Virus record (IMG/VR): IMGVR_UViG_3300037346_000668
Coordinates: 1 to 64,000 of that record
Length of the DNA stretch: 64,000 bases
DNA from: a virus
Direction: 5' to 3' (one strand)
Under the pieces are notes generated by a model, which saw only the letters and a program-made list of their open reading frames with translations, was not told the origin of the DNA and ran no database searches. Of the stretch, positions 1 to 9,468 are shown one piece after another. Position 1 is the first letter of the stretch; every line of letters begins with the position of its first letter. The position numbers were made by a program, and so were the translations under genes.

Positions 1-62
1 CTAATTTTTTAGCCTCCCCTAGTAAATCATCATCATTTCCAATGTTTCCCAAAATAGGTAAA

Positions 63-980
63 TTATTTATCTATATATAATTTATGATTCATAGAAATTG
101 AGTTAATTATATCATCATGAATATCATCTACACCTGTTACCAAATCACCAAGGAATGAATCCTCAACGTCCTGGCTCCTCTTAATATCATTTTTAAATCC
201 CCATACATGAAAGAATCCCATATCAGCAATTATATCAACATTAGAATCCTCGAATGACGGTAGGCCTAAAGAATGATTGGTTGGAACATAATTTCCACTA
301 ATTAAACAATTTATAATCTTTCCCCTGCTCATTGCCAGATCATAAAGAAACCTTTGCTCTATTAGAACAATATATGACACATTACTAAATGAAGGATTAA
401 GCTCATATAAATCATCAATAAATTTTAAAGCCATACTTGCATATTCCCTAGCAAAATCAATGTCATTAAAAGCAAGTAAACAAGTGTTACACGCTTGGTC
501 GCTCCATGTTATATTAAAATTATTTGCTATATAATTTTCAGGATCGAGATATTCAGGATTTGGGTAGAATTTAAGATCATCGGAAATAGCTTTCTCCAGA
601 TGTGTACAATAAATATCGCAATCGCCAAAATCTATTTTAAATCTAACCTCTGCATCAAGATCTATCAGAATGAAAGGTTCATCACAGTCTAATATAGCAT
701 AAAATTTTCCAGCTGCCCAAAATATGGACGTGTCGAAATTTGTATTAGCCGGAAGTATTGATTTAACCTCGTCGAAATGATTTAATAACCCAATCTCATC
801 GTAATATGAATATGTATCGGGGTCGCAATAGAGAATAGGTGATAGATCGTTATATTTTCTTGCAAAATGTGTTGAGCGTATAATCATAGCAATCTCCCAT
901 GGTCTCTTCTCAGGAACCATTTTTCCAGCATCCCTTTTAGGCATGTGCCAATCAACATATATTGCTTTAGTTGGTTTCAT
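63..980 (-). CDS. Putative nucleotide-sugar transferase-like protein (DUF6734-like)
   Basis: 305 aa; FWAAGK..EPFILIDLD (DxD-like), C-terminal FFHVWG; layout resembles GT-A-like DUF6734 proteins. Confidence 0.5.
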   Translation of the reverse strand: MKPTKAIYVDWHMPKRDAGKMVPEKRPWEIAMIIRSTHFARKYNDLSPILYCDPDTYSYYDEIGLLNHFDEVKSILPANTNFDTSIFWAAGKFYAILDCDEPFILIDLDAEVRFKIDFGDCDIYCTHLEKAISDDLKFYPNPEYLDPENYIANNFNITWSDQACNTCLLAFNDIDFAREYASMALKFIDDLYELNPSFSNVSYIVLIEQRFLYDLAMSRGKIINCLISGNYVPTNHSLGLPSFEDSNVDIIADMGFFHVWGFKNDIKRSQDVEDSFLGDLVTGVDDIHDDIINSISMNHKLYIDK

Positions 981-998
981 TTGTTTTTAATTATATCG

Positions 999-1021
999 CA
1001 AATATATGAATATCATGCGAA
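999..1021 (-). promoter_or_regulatory. Putative early promoter (Bacteroidota-type TAnnTTTG -7 box)
   Basis: Minus strand TTCG-N11-TATATTTG upstream of ATG 980; same layout upstream of uvsE. Confidence 0.5.
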
Positions 1022-1045
1022 TTTAAAAAATTATTTATGAAAAAT

Positions 1046-1357
1046 TTACCAAAATCTTGTTAATTGATCAATGTCTCTAGATTGAAATTGCGCATCGGGA
1101 GCCATAACAACGGATAAGCCATCACCCAATAGATATAATTCCTCAAGATATTTAATAACAGAATTTGTTTTAGATTCATCTATTCCTGTTTGCTCCATGA
1201 CATCAGAGGAAAGTTGATCGATCAAGGATTCAAAATTATCACCGTTATGAAAATTAAAATATTTTTCATATTTTTTAATCCAATCCTTAATTTGATTCAT
1301 TTCTTCCACACTAAGATCATCCTCAATAAACTCGGAAAATTCCAATATAATAGACAT
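1046..1357 (-). CDS. Hypothetical protein with capsid-targeting-like N-terminus
   Basis: 103 aa; starts MSIILEFSEFIED. Confidence 0.6.
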   Translation of the reverse strand: MSIILEFSEFIEDDLSVEEMNQIKDWIKKYEKYFNFHNGDNFESLIDQLSSDVMEQTGIDESKTNSVIKYLEELYLLGDGLSVVMAPDAQFQSRDIDQLTRFW

Positions 1358-1380
1358 AATAATTACTTTTTTTTATCGTA

Positions 1381-1388
1381 GATATATA
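1381..1388 (+). promoter_or_regulatory. Putative late promoter GATATATA
   Basis: Octamer recurs on the coding strand upstream of 12 gene starts in this window. Confidence 0.6.
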
Positions 1389-1413
1389 TATTCTAATTAT
1401 AAAAATTAAATCT

Positions 1414-1761
1414 ATGAAGCATTTAAAAGAAGAAGACGAGTTTATTAATGATGATTCTTATCTTACTAATCAGGAACAAGAATCGGAAGGTTATGATGAT
1501 GACTATGATCAGGAGGTTGATTCAGAATATGATGAGGATGGGGACAACTCAGACTATGAAGATTCCGATGAAATTGAAAATCCAGACGAGGAATATGATG
1601 AGGATGACGAAGTTGAAAATCCAGATGAGGAATATGATGAAGATGATGAAAATTTATCGGAGCCAGCTGACTCAGAAATAGAATCTGATAATCAAGAAGA
1701 AACCCCACAATCTAATGATCGCAGGGTTTTATCATATACTGATTTCTTTACTAAGAATTAA
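1414..1761 (+). CDS. Highly acidic protein, possible prohead core/internal protein
   Basis: 115 aa, D/E-dominated; starts MKHLKE, ends VLSYTDFFTKN; preceded by GATATATA. Confidence 0.6.
   Translation: MKHLKEEDEFINDDSYLTNQEQESEGYDDDYDQEVDSEYDEDGDNSDYEDSDEIENPDEEYDEDDEVENPDEEYDEDDENLSEPADSEIESDNQEETPQSNDRRVLSYTDFFTKN
1567..1644 (+). repeat. 39-bp in-frame tandem duplication (2 copies)
   Basis: Encodes DEIENPDEEYDED / DEVENPDEEYDED. Confidence 0.85.
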
Positions 1762-1985
1762 TCCTTAGTAGTTTTACCAAGATCTCTTCTAATTAGTGAT
1801 CTAACATAATGAGATACAGATTCAGGGGCTTCGCCTTTAGATAAAGCTTTTTTCGCTATCTTTCTTGTTAGATCACTTAAATCTTCACCAGAAAGTAAAA
1901 CTTGTATTTTCTCATCTTTTTCTGCTTTTTCTTCAGATTCAATTAGCTTAGAGCTAACCTTACCGAATTCTTTCAAATTTTCCAT
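1758..1985 (-). CDS. Ribbon-helix-helix-like DNA-binding protein
   Basis: 75 aa; KIQVLLS strand, helix, then SVSHYVRSLIRRDL helix. Confidence 0.5.
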   Translation of the reverse strand: MENLKEFGKVSSKLIESEEKAEKDEKIQVLLSGEDLSDLTRKIAKKALSKGEAPESVSHYVRSLIRRDLGKTTKD

Positions 1986-1990
1986 TCTAT

Positions 1991-3466
1991 TTATTTATTT
2001 TTATTTTTAAATTTTATTCCTGCATGAGGATTACCTTTTGCATTTTTTAAGCTAAATTTATTTTCCGGATTTTTAGTTACTACAAAAGCTTGATCTGCAT
2101 TAACAGATAATCCAGCTCTTCTCATAAATTCACGATTTACTAAAAATGGTGTGCTCTTATCTGTTCTATCATCAGGAGAAATCCTTACCTTTGGTATCAA
2201 AATCCCATTAAATTCAACATCAAGTTCTATAATAGGTCTTTTATGTTTTTTGGTTCCAATTTCAGCCTCAGAATGGTCAACTATTGGATCTATAAACTTT
2301 TTACCGCCTAGAGTCCAGTGAACCTTTCCACCTTTTTCCTCAACTTTATCTGCATGTAATGTACATGATTTAGATCCATTGCCAGTGTCAAATTTTGATA
2401 TAATTTCGCCAATTTTAGATATGCTTAATGTTTCTAGATACCCAACTTCCATATTAGAATAGCTCCAGCTATTTTTATCCAATATATAATCGATAACATC
2501 ATCAACAATAGGTTTACCTATTGCTTTTGATATACCTTCCGTTCCTGGAGACGAGTTAACCTCTAGTATATATGGCTTTTTAGTTTTTGCATCTATCATT
2601 ATATCAACTCCACACCAGTGACAACCAACAGCATTAGCTGCTTTTATTGCTATGTCGGAAAGCTCCTTAGTTATCTTAAATTTATTTACTGTTCCACCCA
2701 GTGAGTAATTAGTTCTAAAATCTTTTTTAACAGCTCCTCTTTTCATAGTTCCAAGTATAAAGGAATTATTATTGGCAACTTTTCTTGGATCTGGATTGAA
2801 TTTTTTGATAATCACCTGTATTCTAAGATCATAATTGGAATCAATTTTTTCCTGTATTAATATCTCGTTGGCTGAATCAAGTTTTCTTATTGTTTGATAA
2901 ACAGATTTAAGAGATGCGTATGAATCTATTATAGAAACTCCGATTCCCTGTGTTCCCGAAAGAAGTTTCATTATAACAGGAAATTTCCCACCTACCGCTT
3001 CCAATGCCCTATCCAGTGAATTTTCATCAGGTACTAATGCAGATTTAGGAACAGGAAGATTATTAGCTTCCATTATTTGTGATGTTATAAATTTGTTCTC
3101 GCAAGCTTCCATAGAAGCTATTGTATTAACGGTAAAATATCTGGCGGCTTCCAAGTTTAAAAGAATCTGTCTGGTGTGTGAATTTTCTAGTACACCTCTT
3201 CTTGGTATTATAACGGTGGAATTTGGATCTATTAATATTTTTTCCTTGCCAGTCTTAAGTAAATGTCCATTATATACTTTCTCAAGAACAACATCATTTA
3301 CATCTATTATATAGCATTTAATGCCTCTTTTTTTACATTCCTTTGTGAATGATTCTGAAGTTTTACTTCCTGTAACGTTACCAGTAAGAACCACAACCTT
3401 CGTTGTTTCAGTTTTAGCTTCATTAAGGAAGGAAGAAAAATCCAGCACATTGTTTGATATCATCAT
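1991..3466 (-). CDS. rimK: RimK-family ATP-grasp ligase fused to C-terminal RimB-like (retropepsin-like) protease
   Basis: CENK, PVIMKLLSGTQGIGV, IQEKI, DLRI, FRTNYSLGG, GVDIM, LEVNSSPG; C-domain KFDTGNG..LH, RP, DR..PFLVNREF. Confidence 0.85.
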   Translation of the reverse strand: MMISNNVLDFSSFLNEAKTETTKVVVLTGNVTGSKTSESFTKECKKRGIKCYIIDVNDVVLEKVYNGHLLKTGKEKILIDPNSTVIIPRRGVLENSHTRQILLNLEAARYFTVNTIASMEACENKFITSQIMEANNLPVPKSALVPDENSLDRALEAVGGKFPVIMKLLSGTQGIGVSIIDSYASLKSVYQTIRKLDSANEILIQEKIDSNYDLRIQVIIKKFNPDPRKVANNNSFILGTMKRGAVKKDFRTNYSLGGTVNKFKITKELSDIAIKAANAVGCHWCGVDIMIDAKTKKPYILEVNSSPGTEGISKAIGKPIVDDVIDYILDKNSWSYSNMEVGYLETLSISKIGEIISKFDTGNGSKSCTLHADKVEEKGGKVHWTLGGKKFIDPIVDHSEAEIGTKKHKRPIIELDVEFNGILIPKVRISPDDRTDKSTPFLVNREFMRRAGLSVNADQAFVVTKNPENKFSLKNAKGNPHAGIKFKNKNK

Positions 3467-3485
3467 TCTTGATTATTTTATTATG

Positions 3486-3493
3486 TATATATC
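3486..3493 (-). promoter_or_regulatory. Putative late promoter GATATATA
   Basis: About 20 nt upstream of rimK start. Confidence 0.6.
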
Positions 3494-3511
3494 TCAATGT
3501 TAGTAGTAATT

Positions 3512-3700
3512 CTAAACAGAACCTAATGGCAATTCGCATTTTTTACACCAATCATATCCTCCATCGCCTAAATTTGGTGGATATACTTCTTTGTCTTCAC
3601 ATTTACAAGTGATGAAATTAGTTTCAAAGTCAAAAGCACTACTACTAACATCGGTTTTGTTCAATTCCTCGTTTTCGGTAATAACAAATTCTGTTTTCAT
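3512..3700 (-). CDS. Small hypothetical protein, possible zinc ribbon
   Basis: 62 aa; CKC...WCKKC. Confidence 0.5.
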   Translation of the reverse strand: MKTEFVITENEELNKTDVSSSAFDFETNFITCKCEDKEVYPPNLGDGGYDWCKKCELPLGSV

Positions 3701-3774
3701 AATTACTTTATTTTAAGTTAAAAGTCTAGTTTTCAAAAGTCGGCACTAAACAAAGCCTATAAACGATAATACAA

Positions 3775-4044
3775 TTATATAAGATCAGATGCGCTACATT
3801 CTATATATTTTTTGAGAAGTATCATATTACTTATGTTCCAAAGATCATCATATATTACCATATGATCCTCAAGAATGAAAAAATCCATTAGCTCACTAAT
3901 TCTATCGATCTTTTCATCCTCAGACATTGTTCTATCCCTAAGATATTCCATCCTATTATTAATTATATAATCGGCTTCTTCTATCAGAAGGATAGCATAA
4001 TCAGCAAAATCCTCAGAATCAAGATTATCAAAAAATGAATTCAT
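3775..4044 (-). CDS. Hypothetical protein
   Basis: 89 aa; starts immediately after the polymerase B-half stop. Confidence 0.55.
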   Translation of the reverse strand: MNSFFDNLDSEDFADYAILLIEEADYIINNRMEYLRDRTMSEDEKIDRISELMDFFILEDHMVIYDDLWNISNMILLKKYIECSASDLI

Positions 4045-4045
4045 A

Positions 4046-5200
4046 TTAAAATAAAGCGTTAACCATAAATAGATTTGGACTTATCTGATTGTATCCCATT
4101 ACCTCAATGAACCTATTTATTGGATCAAGAATTGTTTTCGTGAATTGCTCATCATAGTCCAACGGGGGAGCAAATTCATAGGGAAATGTCCCCTGTGGGT
4201 AAGCAAAGATGTTACTATCATTAATATTTTTAGTTTTAACAAAATATAAATTTACTTTGTCACCCGCTCTGATAAGGGAATATTTTGTTTTATATGTTGA
4301 ATTATTTAAAAGGTAGTTATGATAGCCAGATGCTCTAACGTGTATAGGACATGCCTTAGCAACTTCAAATCCGGTAGTATCATTTAATATCTTATCATAA
4401 TTATTAATATTTATTGATGCGGATATGTTTTGTGGCTCCTGTAATTTGAATTCCCTCTTTATTGATTTTAATTCCTTCACAAATTCCCTTATGTCAAAGG
4501 CCCTACCTTTAGTAAAAATAAGCTTCGTTAGATATACCAATTTTTCTCTAACAAAAGGAGGTGTTCCGCCCTTTATCATCTCAACTCCGGTAAATTTAAG
4601 TTGGGTCAGAGGTTCCATATGTAGTCCTGAATCGTAAACGAGATTTGCTACATATTTTTTCTTTCCAAGAAATATAGCATTTATAGCAAGTGTTTCTAGC
4701 TCAAAATCCTGATAGTTTTCGGTTCCCCATTTTTTTGAATAGATATCAAAGCATTTTCTAAGATAATCATTTAATCTATATTCGTTTATTTTTATGATGA
4801 GATCCTTGGCATCCCCTGCATAATCGCAGGAGTCAACAACTTCCTGAAAAGTAACATAATTAGAATCGGTATCACCATAAACAACCAGAGGATTAGTTAC
4901 CCTTTTAACGTGTTTCAATCCTAGCTTCTCATGAAGCTCTGTGTCGAGATGCCAATGTTCATGAAAATATTTATGCAATATCTTCTCAGAATATTTAATA
5001 AGATCCTGACCCTGCAGAGTTACTGCTTCAGCAACATCCGGGTTGAAGCAAACAAAGTAGTTATTTCCGATAGCTCCATAGATAGAGTTCATTGTTAATT
5101 TTACTGCTTGCTCCTCATTCTTATATTCATTCTTAAGAGCGGTAAGTCTCTCTATTTTTTCTTCAATCCCTTTAATTTCTTCCTGTGTCATTAATATCAT
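4046..5200 (-). CDS. gp43B: Family B DNA polymerase, C-terminal half (gp43B-like)
   Basis: Motif B KLTMNSIYG, motif C YGDTDS, KKKY, GVE; C-terminal hydrophobic clamp-binding-like tail MVNALF; lacks exonuclease and motif A. Confidence 0.92.
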   Translation of the reverse strand: MILMTQEEIKGIEEKIERLTALKNEYKNEEQAVKLTMNSIYGAIGNNYFVCFNPDVAEAVTLQGQDLIKYSEKILHKYFHEHWHLDTELHEKLGLKHVKRVTNPLVVYGDTDSNYVTFQEVVDSCDYAGDAKDLIIKINEYRLNDYLRKCFDIYSKKWGTENYQDFELETLAINAIFLGKKKYVANLVYDSGLHMEPLTQLKFTGVEMIKGGTPPFVREKLVYLTKLIFTKGRAFDIREFVKELKSIKREFKLQEPQNISASININNYDKILNDTTGFEVAKACPIHVRASGYHNYLLNNSTYKTKYSLIRAGDKVNLYFVKTKNINDSNIFAYPQGTFPYEFAPPLDYDEQFTKTILDPINRFIEVMGYNQISPNLFMVNALF

Positions 5201-5208
5201 ATTTGAAT

Positions 5209-5236
5209 ATTATATGGCAATAAAATGAAAGATTTC
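5209..5236 (-). promoter_or_regulatory. Putative middle promoter GAAAT-N17-TATAAT
   Basis: Same bipartite motif with 17-nt spacer upstream of six genes. Confidence 0.55.
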
Positions 5237-5306
5237 ATGGATTTTCTGTATAATATATGAAAGATATATATGGGGCAATAATAAAGTTAACTTTTAAGAT
5301 TCAAAG

Positions 5307-6959
5307 ATGAATATAGATAATTTCATAGGAAATAATGGAAATGTTTCTTCAGCAAAAACAACAGAAAAATACGTTAAAAAACATTTTGTTGAGGAATACA
5401 TAAAAATAGATGAACATGCAAACAGAATAGGACTCACTAATTGCATATACTCGGAAAAAATATATCATTATCTAAATGATCTGAAAGAAGTTGTTGCCTG
5501 TAGAAATTGCAAAATCGTAAAGACGAAATTTAAGGGGCTCGTTCGGGGATACCAAGATTATTGCAGTTCCATCTGTTCGAATTCTTCAGACGAGGTTAAA
5601 AAATTAAAGGAAGCCTCATATATTGATAAATTCGGAGTAAATAATCCATCCAAATCAGAGGAAATAATTCAAAAAATTCAAAAAACCTTCGATGAAAAAT
5701 ACGGTGGAAATCCATTTACACTAGATTCGTTTAAAACGAAAATCAAGGCTACCAATATTTTAAAATACTCAGCTGAGTATCCGATGCAGAAAAATAGCAC
5801 ACTCAGAAAATCAATCGACGAGAAAAATATAAAAAAAGCAATTTTTAAGTATAAGGAGCTTAAAATTATAGGCATTGAAAGTAAAAAATACGGAGACGTA
5901 AAAATAGAATGTGATAAATGCAATTCGATTTTTACTATAAGCAAATGGAATCTTCATCAGAGAACAAATAGCAAATTAAACCAATCACCTTGTACAATAT
6001 GTTACCCAATAGGTGATAAGCAAAATTCAATGCAAGAAAGATTCATAGAAAAATTACTAATTGATAATAACATTCCCTACAAAAAAGGAGATAGAAAAAT
6101 ACTTAAAGGTACTGAAATTGATTTCTATATAGAAAAATATAGAATAGGAATAGAAATAGATGGTCTATATTGGCACTCTGATAAATTTAAGGATAACGAA
6201 TATCACCTAAGAAAAACGGAAGAAAGTAAAGAATCAAATATAAATCTAATTCATATTTTTGAAGATGAGATAAACAATAAGCCCAATATTGTTTCATCCA
6301 GGCTTCTATCAATATTTGGAAAATATGAAAATACTATATTTGCCAGAAAATGTAAAATAATCCCGCTAAACAGCAAGGATAGCAACGATTTTTTGGATAA
6401 AAATCACATGCAAGGTAAATGTGGGGCTTCCTTCAGATATGGTCTCGAATACAATGGCGAATTAATTTCAGTAATGACCTTTGGAGAATTAAGGAAAAAT
6501 CTTGGTAATAAGAAAGAAGAGGGATCTTACGAACTTATTAGATTCTGTACAAAAACTAATACAAGTGTAATAGGTGGAGCTTCTAAATTATTGAAACATT
6601 TCATCAATAAAAATTCACCAAAAAAAATAATATCATATTGTGACAGAAGATGGTCTAATGGTGAATTTTACGAAAAAATAGGATTCAATACTGATCATGT
6701 AACAAAACCAAACTACTGGTACACTAAAAATGGATTTAGAGAAAATAGGTTTAAATACAGAAAAGACATTCTAGTAAAAGAAGGATATGATACAAACAAA
6801 ACAGAATCCTCAATCATGAAAGATAGAGGATTCCTAAGAATATATGACTGCGGAAGTTATAAATATACTATGCAGCCCTCTTATTTTTCAACTAACCCTA
6901 TTGCTATTGATGTTGCTGACTGCTCAGAAAATAGAACTAGCCTATTATCATGTACATAA
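5307..6959 (+). CDS. Hef-like free-standing homing endonuclease (zinc motifs, PD-(D/E)XK/Vsr-like nuclease, GNAT-like C-domain)
   Basis: CxxC pairs, KFGVNNP-type repeats, EIDFYI..IGIEIDGLYWHS, YELIRFC..GGASKL..SYCDRRWS..IYDCG; opposite strand to neighbours; GATATATA at 5263-5270. Confidence 0.7.
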   Translation: MNIDNFIGNNGNVSSAKTTEKYVKKHFVEEYIKIDEHANRIGLTNCIYSEKIYHYLNDLKEVVACRNCKIVKTKFKGLVRGYQDYCSSICSNSSDEVKKLKEASYIDKFGVNNPSKSEEIIQKIQKTFDEKYGGNPFTLDSFKTKIKATNILKYSAEYPMQKNSTLRKSIDEKNIKKAIFKYKELKIIGIESKKYGDVKIECDKCNSIFTISKWNLHQRTNSKLNQSPCTICYPIGDKQNSMQERFIEKLLIDNNIPYKKGDRKILKGTEIDFYIEKYRIGIEIDGLYWHSDKFKDNEYHLRKTEESKESNINLIHIFEDEINNKPNIVSSRLLSIFGKYENTIFARKCKIIPLNSKDSNDFLDKNHMQGKCGASFRYGLEYNGELISVMTFGELRKNLGNKKEEGSYELIRFCTKTNTSVIGGASKLLKHFINKNSPKKIISYCDRRWSNGEFYEKIGFNTDHVTKPNYWYTKNGFRENRFKYRKDILVKEGYDTNKTESSIMKDRGFLRIYDCGSYKYTMQPSYFSTNPIAIDVADCSENRTSLLSCT

Positions 6960-7648
6960 ACGTCACAAGACTCAGATTCCATATAGCCTAACTGACTCTT
7001 ATAAATATTAGCAATTTCTTTCTCACTGTCATCAAGTATAATTTCGCTTGATCCTATATTCAGTTTATAATTGAAAGAATTACCTACTGCATGAGCAGTT
7101 TTCTCTTCAATTTCAAAACAAAGTATTTCTTGATTATCACTTTCCATACCACAAAGAGAAGCTATTGTAGTAAAATCGGACTGATACATTTTAAAATTAA
7201 CCAGACAATCTTCCTTGCAATGTACCATCGATAATATTTTATCCTCTACATAGGAAAGCATCGTAAGATCTGAGCATCTTAATCTAATTGTCAGGGAGGG
7301 AGAAACCAATCTCAATTCAGTAGAAACACTTGAATCATCAACATTTGCAACATCAAGCTCCAAATTAACCTCCTCCTCGGGTCTAAAGTGTTTAAAAGCC
7401 TCCATTAATCTAGTAACGTCATTTAATCCAATCTTAACACGATCGTGCTTTATTGAATCCCATTTGAAATCAGTTTCAAAAACTTTATCCAATTCAACAT
7501 TTGAATATTTCATGGTAGCCTTATCCGGCGTATGAACCTTACAGAAAATACGATCTCTGGTTATTTCTAATATTACACTCTTCTCGACTGCTTTTAGTCT
7601 TTTCAAAAAGACAATTAAATTGGGTATGCTTGTTATTCTTAACCTCAT
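6881..7648 (-). CDS. gp45: Probable sliding clamp (gp45-like)
   Basis: 255 aa, two-repeat alpha/beta pattern, acidic; lies between topoisomerase and polymerase genes. Confidence 0.55.
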   Translation of the reverse strand: MRLRITSIPNLIVFLKRLKAVEKSVILEITRDRIFCKVHTPDKATMKYSNVELDKVFETDFKWDSIKHDRVKIGLNDVTRLMEAFKHFRPEEEVNLELDVANVDDSSVSTELRLVSPSLTIRLRCSDLTMLSYVEDKILSMVHCKEDCLVNFKMYQSDFTTIASLCGMESDNQEILCFEIEEKTAHAVGNSFNYKLNIGSSEIILDDSEKEIANIYKSQLGYMESESCDVYVHDNRLVLFSEQSATSIAIGLVEK

Positions 7649-7666
7649 TATTAAAATATTTAATTA

Positions 7667-9070
7667 TTAAAATTCTTCATTTTCTTCCACTTTTGTTTCC
7701 TCGAATTCTTCGTCACCGACCTGAAATATTTCTATTCCATCATCATGCTGTGTTTCAAATAAACTATTTTGTATTTTCTTCGATGCGCCGTCTCCTAACT
7801 TTTCAACCTCAATCGATGCTTTATTATACACTTTCTCTTGTATAGATATGGTCTTCTTAACTTTTTCTATCTCTTTTTTTATAGAGTCGATGGCATTTTT
7901 GGTTTCCTTGATATATTCAGGTGAGAGCTTAACTATCTCTATTCTCTGCAACCTCGGGGATATCCAGCTTGAAAAATCGGAGAGAAATTTGATAATCTCG
8001 TCATTCTTTCTTTTTTTCTCTATCATAAAATTAAGAAATAGAAATTTAGCTTCTAGAAATTCTAATTCCTTTAAATTGTCATCATTGTCTCTAACCAGTC
8101 TTTTAAGCTTTACTAATTCTAAATGCTGCTTGAAATGATCAAGGTATTCTCTAACAGATCCAAATTCCATAACATTACCATCCCTCACGAATATAACATC
8201 CTCTTTAACGATGATCTTGGTAAGTTTAGAAATATGATCCGCAATATAAATAAATGATTCTGGTGTTACGTTACCTTTTATCTGAACAGCTAATTCACAT
8301 TTACTTTGTGATTTATTCTCTATTCTATAATCATATCCGGATCTCTCCAATTTAGACTCCAGCTTATTAATAAAGCTATCATATCTCATCACCGGAGGGA
8401 GGTCGAATATTCTTATTATTTTTCTGTTTGGATCTACCTCTAAACCGCTCTCTAAAAGCCATGAATTATCCTCATTCATATATTTGCTTATCTTTCCACT
8501 AAAGTCCTTAAAATACGGCTTTAAAAGCTTCGTAGAGCCCTGCAAATATTCAACAACGTCCTCGAACTTTCTGGGAAGTATATTACTTCTATAGCCAACA
8601 GCTATACCAACTATATGTGTAAGTAAACCAACAGGGACTTCAACATGGATCCAATTATGTCCACCCTCCTCATTCTTCTCGTTGAGATCGGAATTTTTTG
8701 TTATAATGTCACGTATTTTTGAGTTTATCTTAACAGCGGTATATCTAGGTGCTGATGGGGAAGGGTTCACTGGAGATCCAAAAAAACCATCTCCCTCGAG
8801 TATTCCGTACGAACAGCCGAACGGCCTTGCCAATTTAGAAATAGCTCCTGCAAGAGATGAATCGCCATGATGATATAAACCGGTTTTTATTACCTCACCA
8901 ACAAGACCAACGGTCTTACTGAATCTGCTTGGGGAATTTTCCAATATCAGTCTCTGTACCGGTGTTAATGAATCATAAAAGTTGGGTATACCCCTGCTCT
9001 GTAAAACATAAAGAGCATAGGACCTATACTGGGTGTTTATCTGATCCGTGATGGTTAAATGCTTGTTCAT
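7667..9070 (-). CDS. gp52: DNA topoisomerase II, GyrA/ParC-like subunit (gp52-like)
   Basis: DSLTPVQR, YHHGDSS, GFFGS, catalytic SAPRYT. Confidence 0.92.
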   Translation of the reverse strand: MNKHLTITDQINTQYRSYALYVLQSRGIPNFYDSLTPVQRLILENSPSRFSKTVGLVGEVIKTGLYHHGDSSLAGAISKLARPFGCSYGILEGDGFFGSPVNPSPSAPRYTAVKINSKIRDIITKNSDLNEKNEEGGHNWIHVEVPVGLLTHIVGIAVGYRSNILPRKFEDVVEYLQGSTKLLKPYFKDFSGKISKYMNEDNSWLLESGLEVDPNRKIIRIFDLPPVMRYDSFINKLESKLERSGYDYRIENKSQSKCELAVQIKGNVTPESFIYIADHISKLTKIIVKEDVIFVRDGNVMEFGSVREYLDHFKQHLELVKLKRLVRDNDDNLKELEFLEAKFLFLNFMIEKKRKNDEIIKFLSDFSSWISPRLQRIEIVKLSPEYIKETKNAIDSIKKEIEKVKKTISIQEKVYNKASIEVEKLGDGASKKIQNSLFETQHDDGIEIFQVGDEEFEETKVEENEEF

Positions 9071-9084
9071 TTAAGTATTTTATT

Positions 9085-9112
9085 ATTTTATGTTCATTTT
9101 TGATATTGTTTC
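9085..9112 (-). promoter_or_regulatory. Putative middle promoter GAAAC-N17-TAAAAT
   Basis: Upstream of gp52 start; shared motif. Confidence 0.5.
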
Positions 9113-9126
9113 TTAAGTTTTTGATA

Positions 9127-9468
9127 TTATTGAGAATCTTTATTATTGTTTAAAATAACAGTATTTCTACTATGGAGAAATACTACAAAGGATTCAATCA
9201 TAACACCGCCTGAACTTTGAACAAACGGGAATATAAAATAATTAACCCATAGAGGAAGTCCAAAAAATTGATTAAGCTCACCATTATAGTTTATGACACC
9301 AAAAATTAAAAAACCAACCCAGAAGCCAAGGCACCTAACGCATGTCATTAGCTTAGATAGCTTTGGTGTTTTTACTAATAGATAGTTTCTGATAGGATCC
9401 AGGATGTCGGAATTTACAATAGTTGATGTTATACACCATCCGACAAATATTATTAAGAGTATATTCAT
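9127..9468 (-). CDS. Membrane protein, DUF1360-like
   Basis: 113 aa, hydrophobic helices, LMTCVRCLGFW. Confidence 0.55.
   Translation of the reverse strand: MNILLIIFVGWCITSTIVNSDILDPIRNYLLVKTPKLSKLMTCVRCLGFWVGFLIFGVINYNGELNQFFGLPLWVNYFIFPFVQSSGGVMIESFVVFLHSRNTVILNNNKDSQ

Noticed and set aside
1-62. Possible partial ORF at the left edge
   Set aside because: Too short to assign frame or strand
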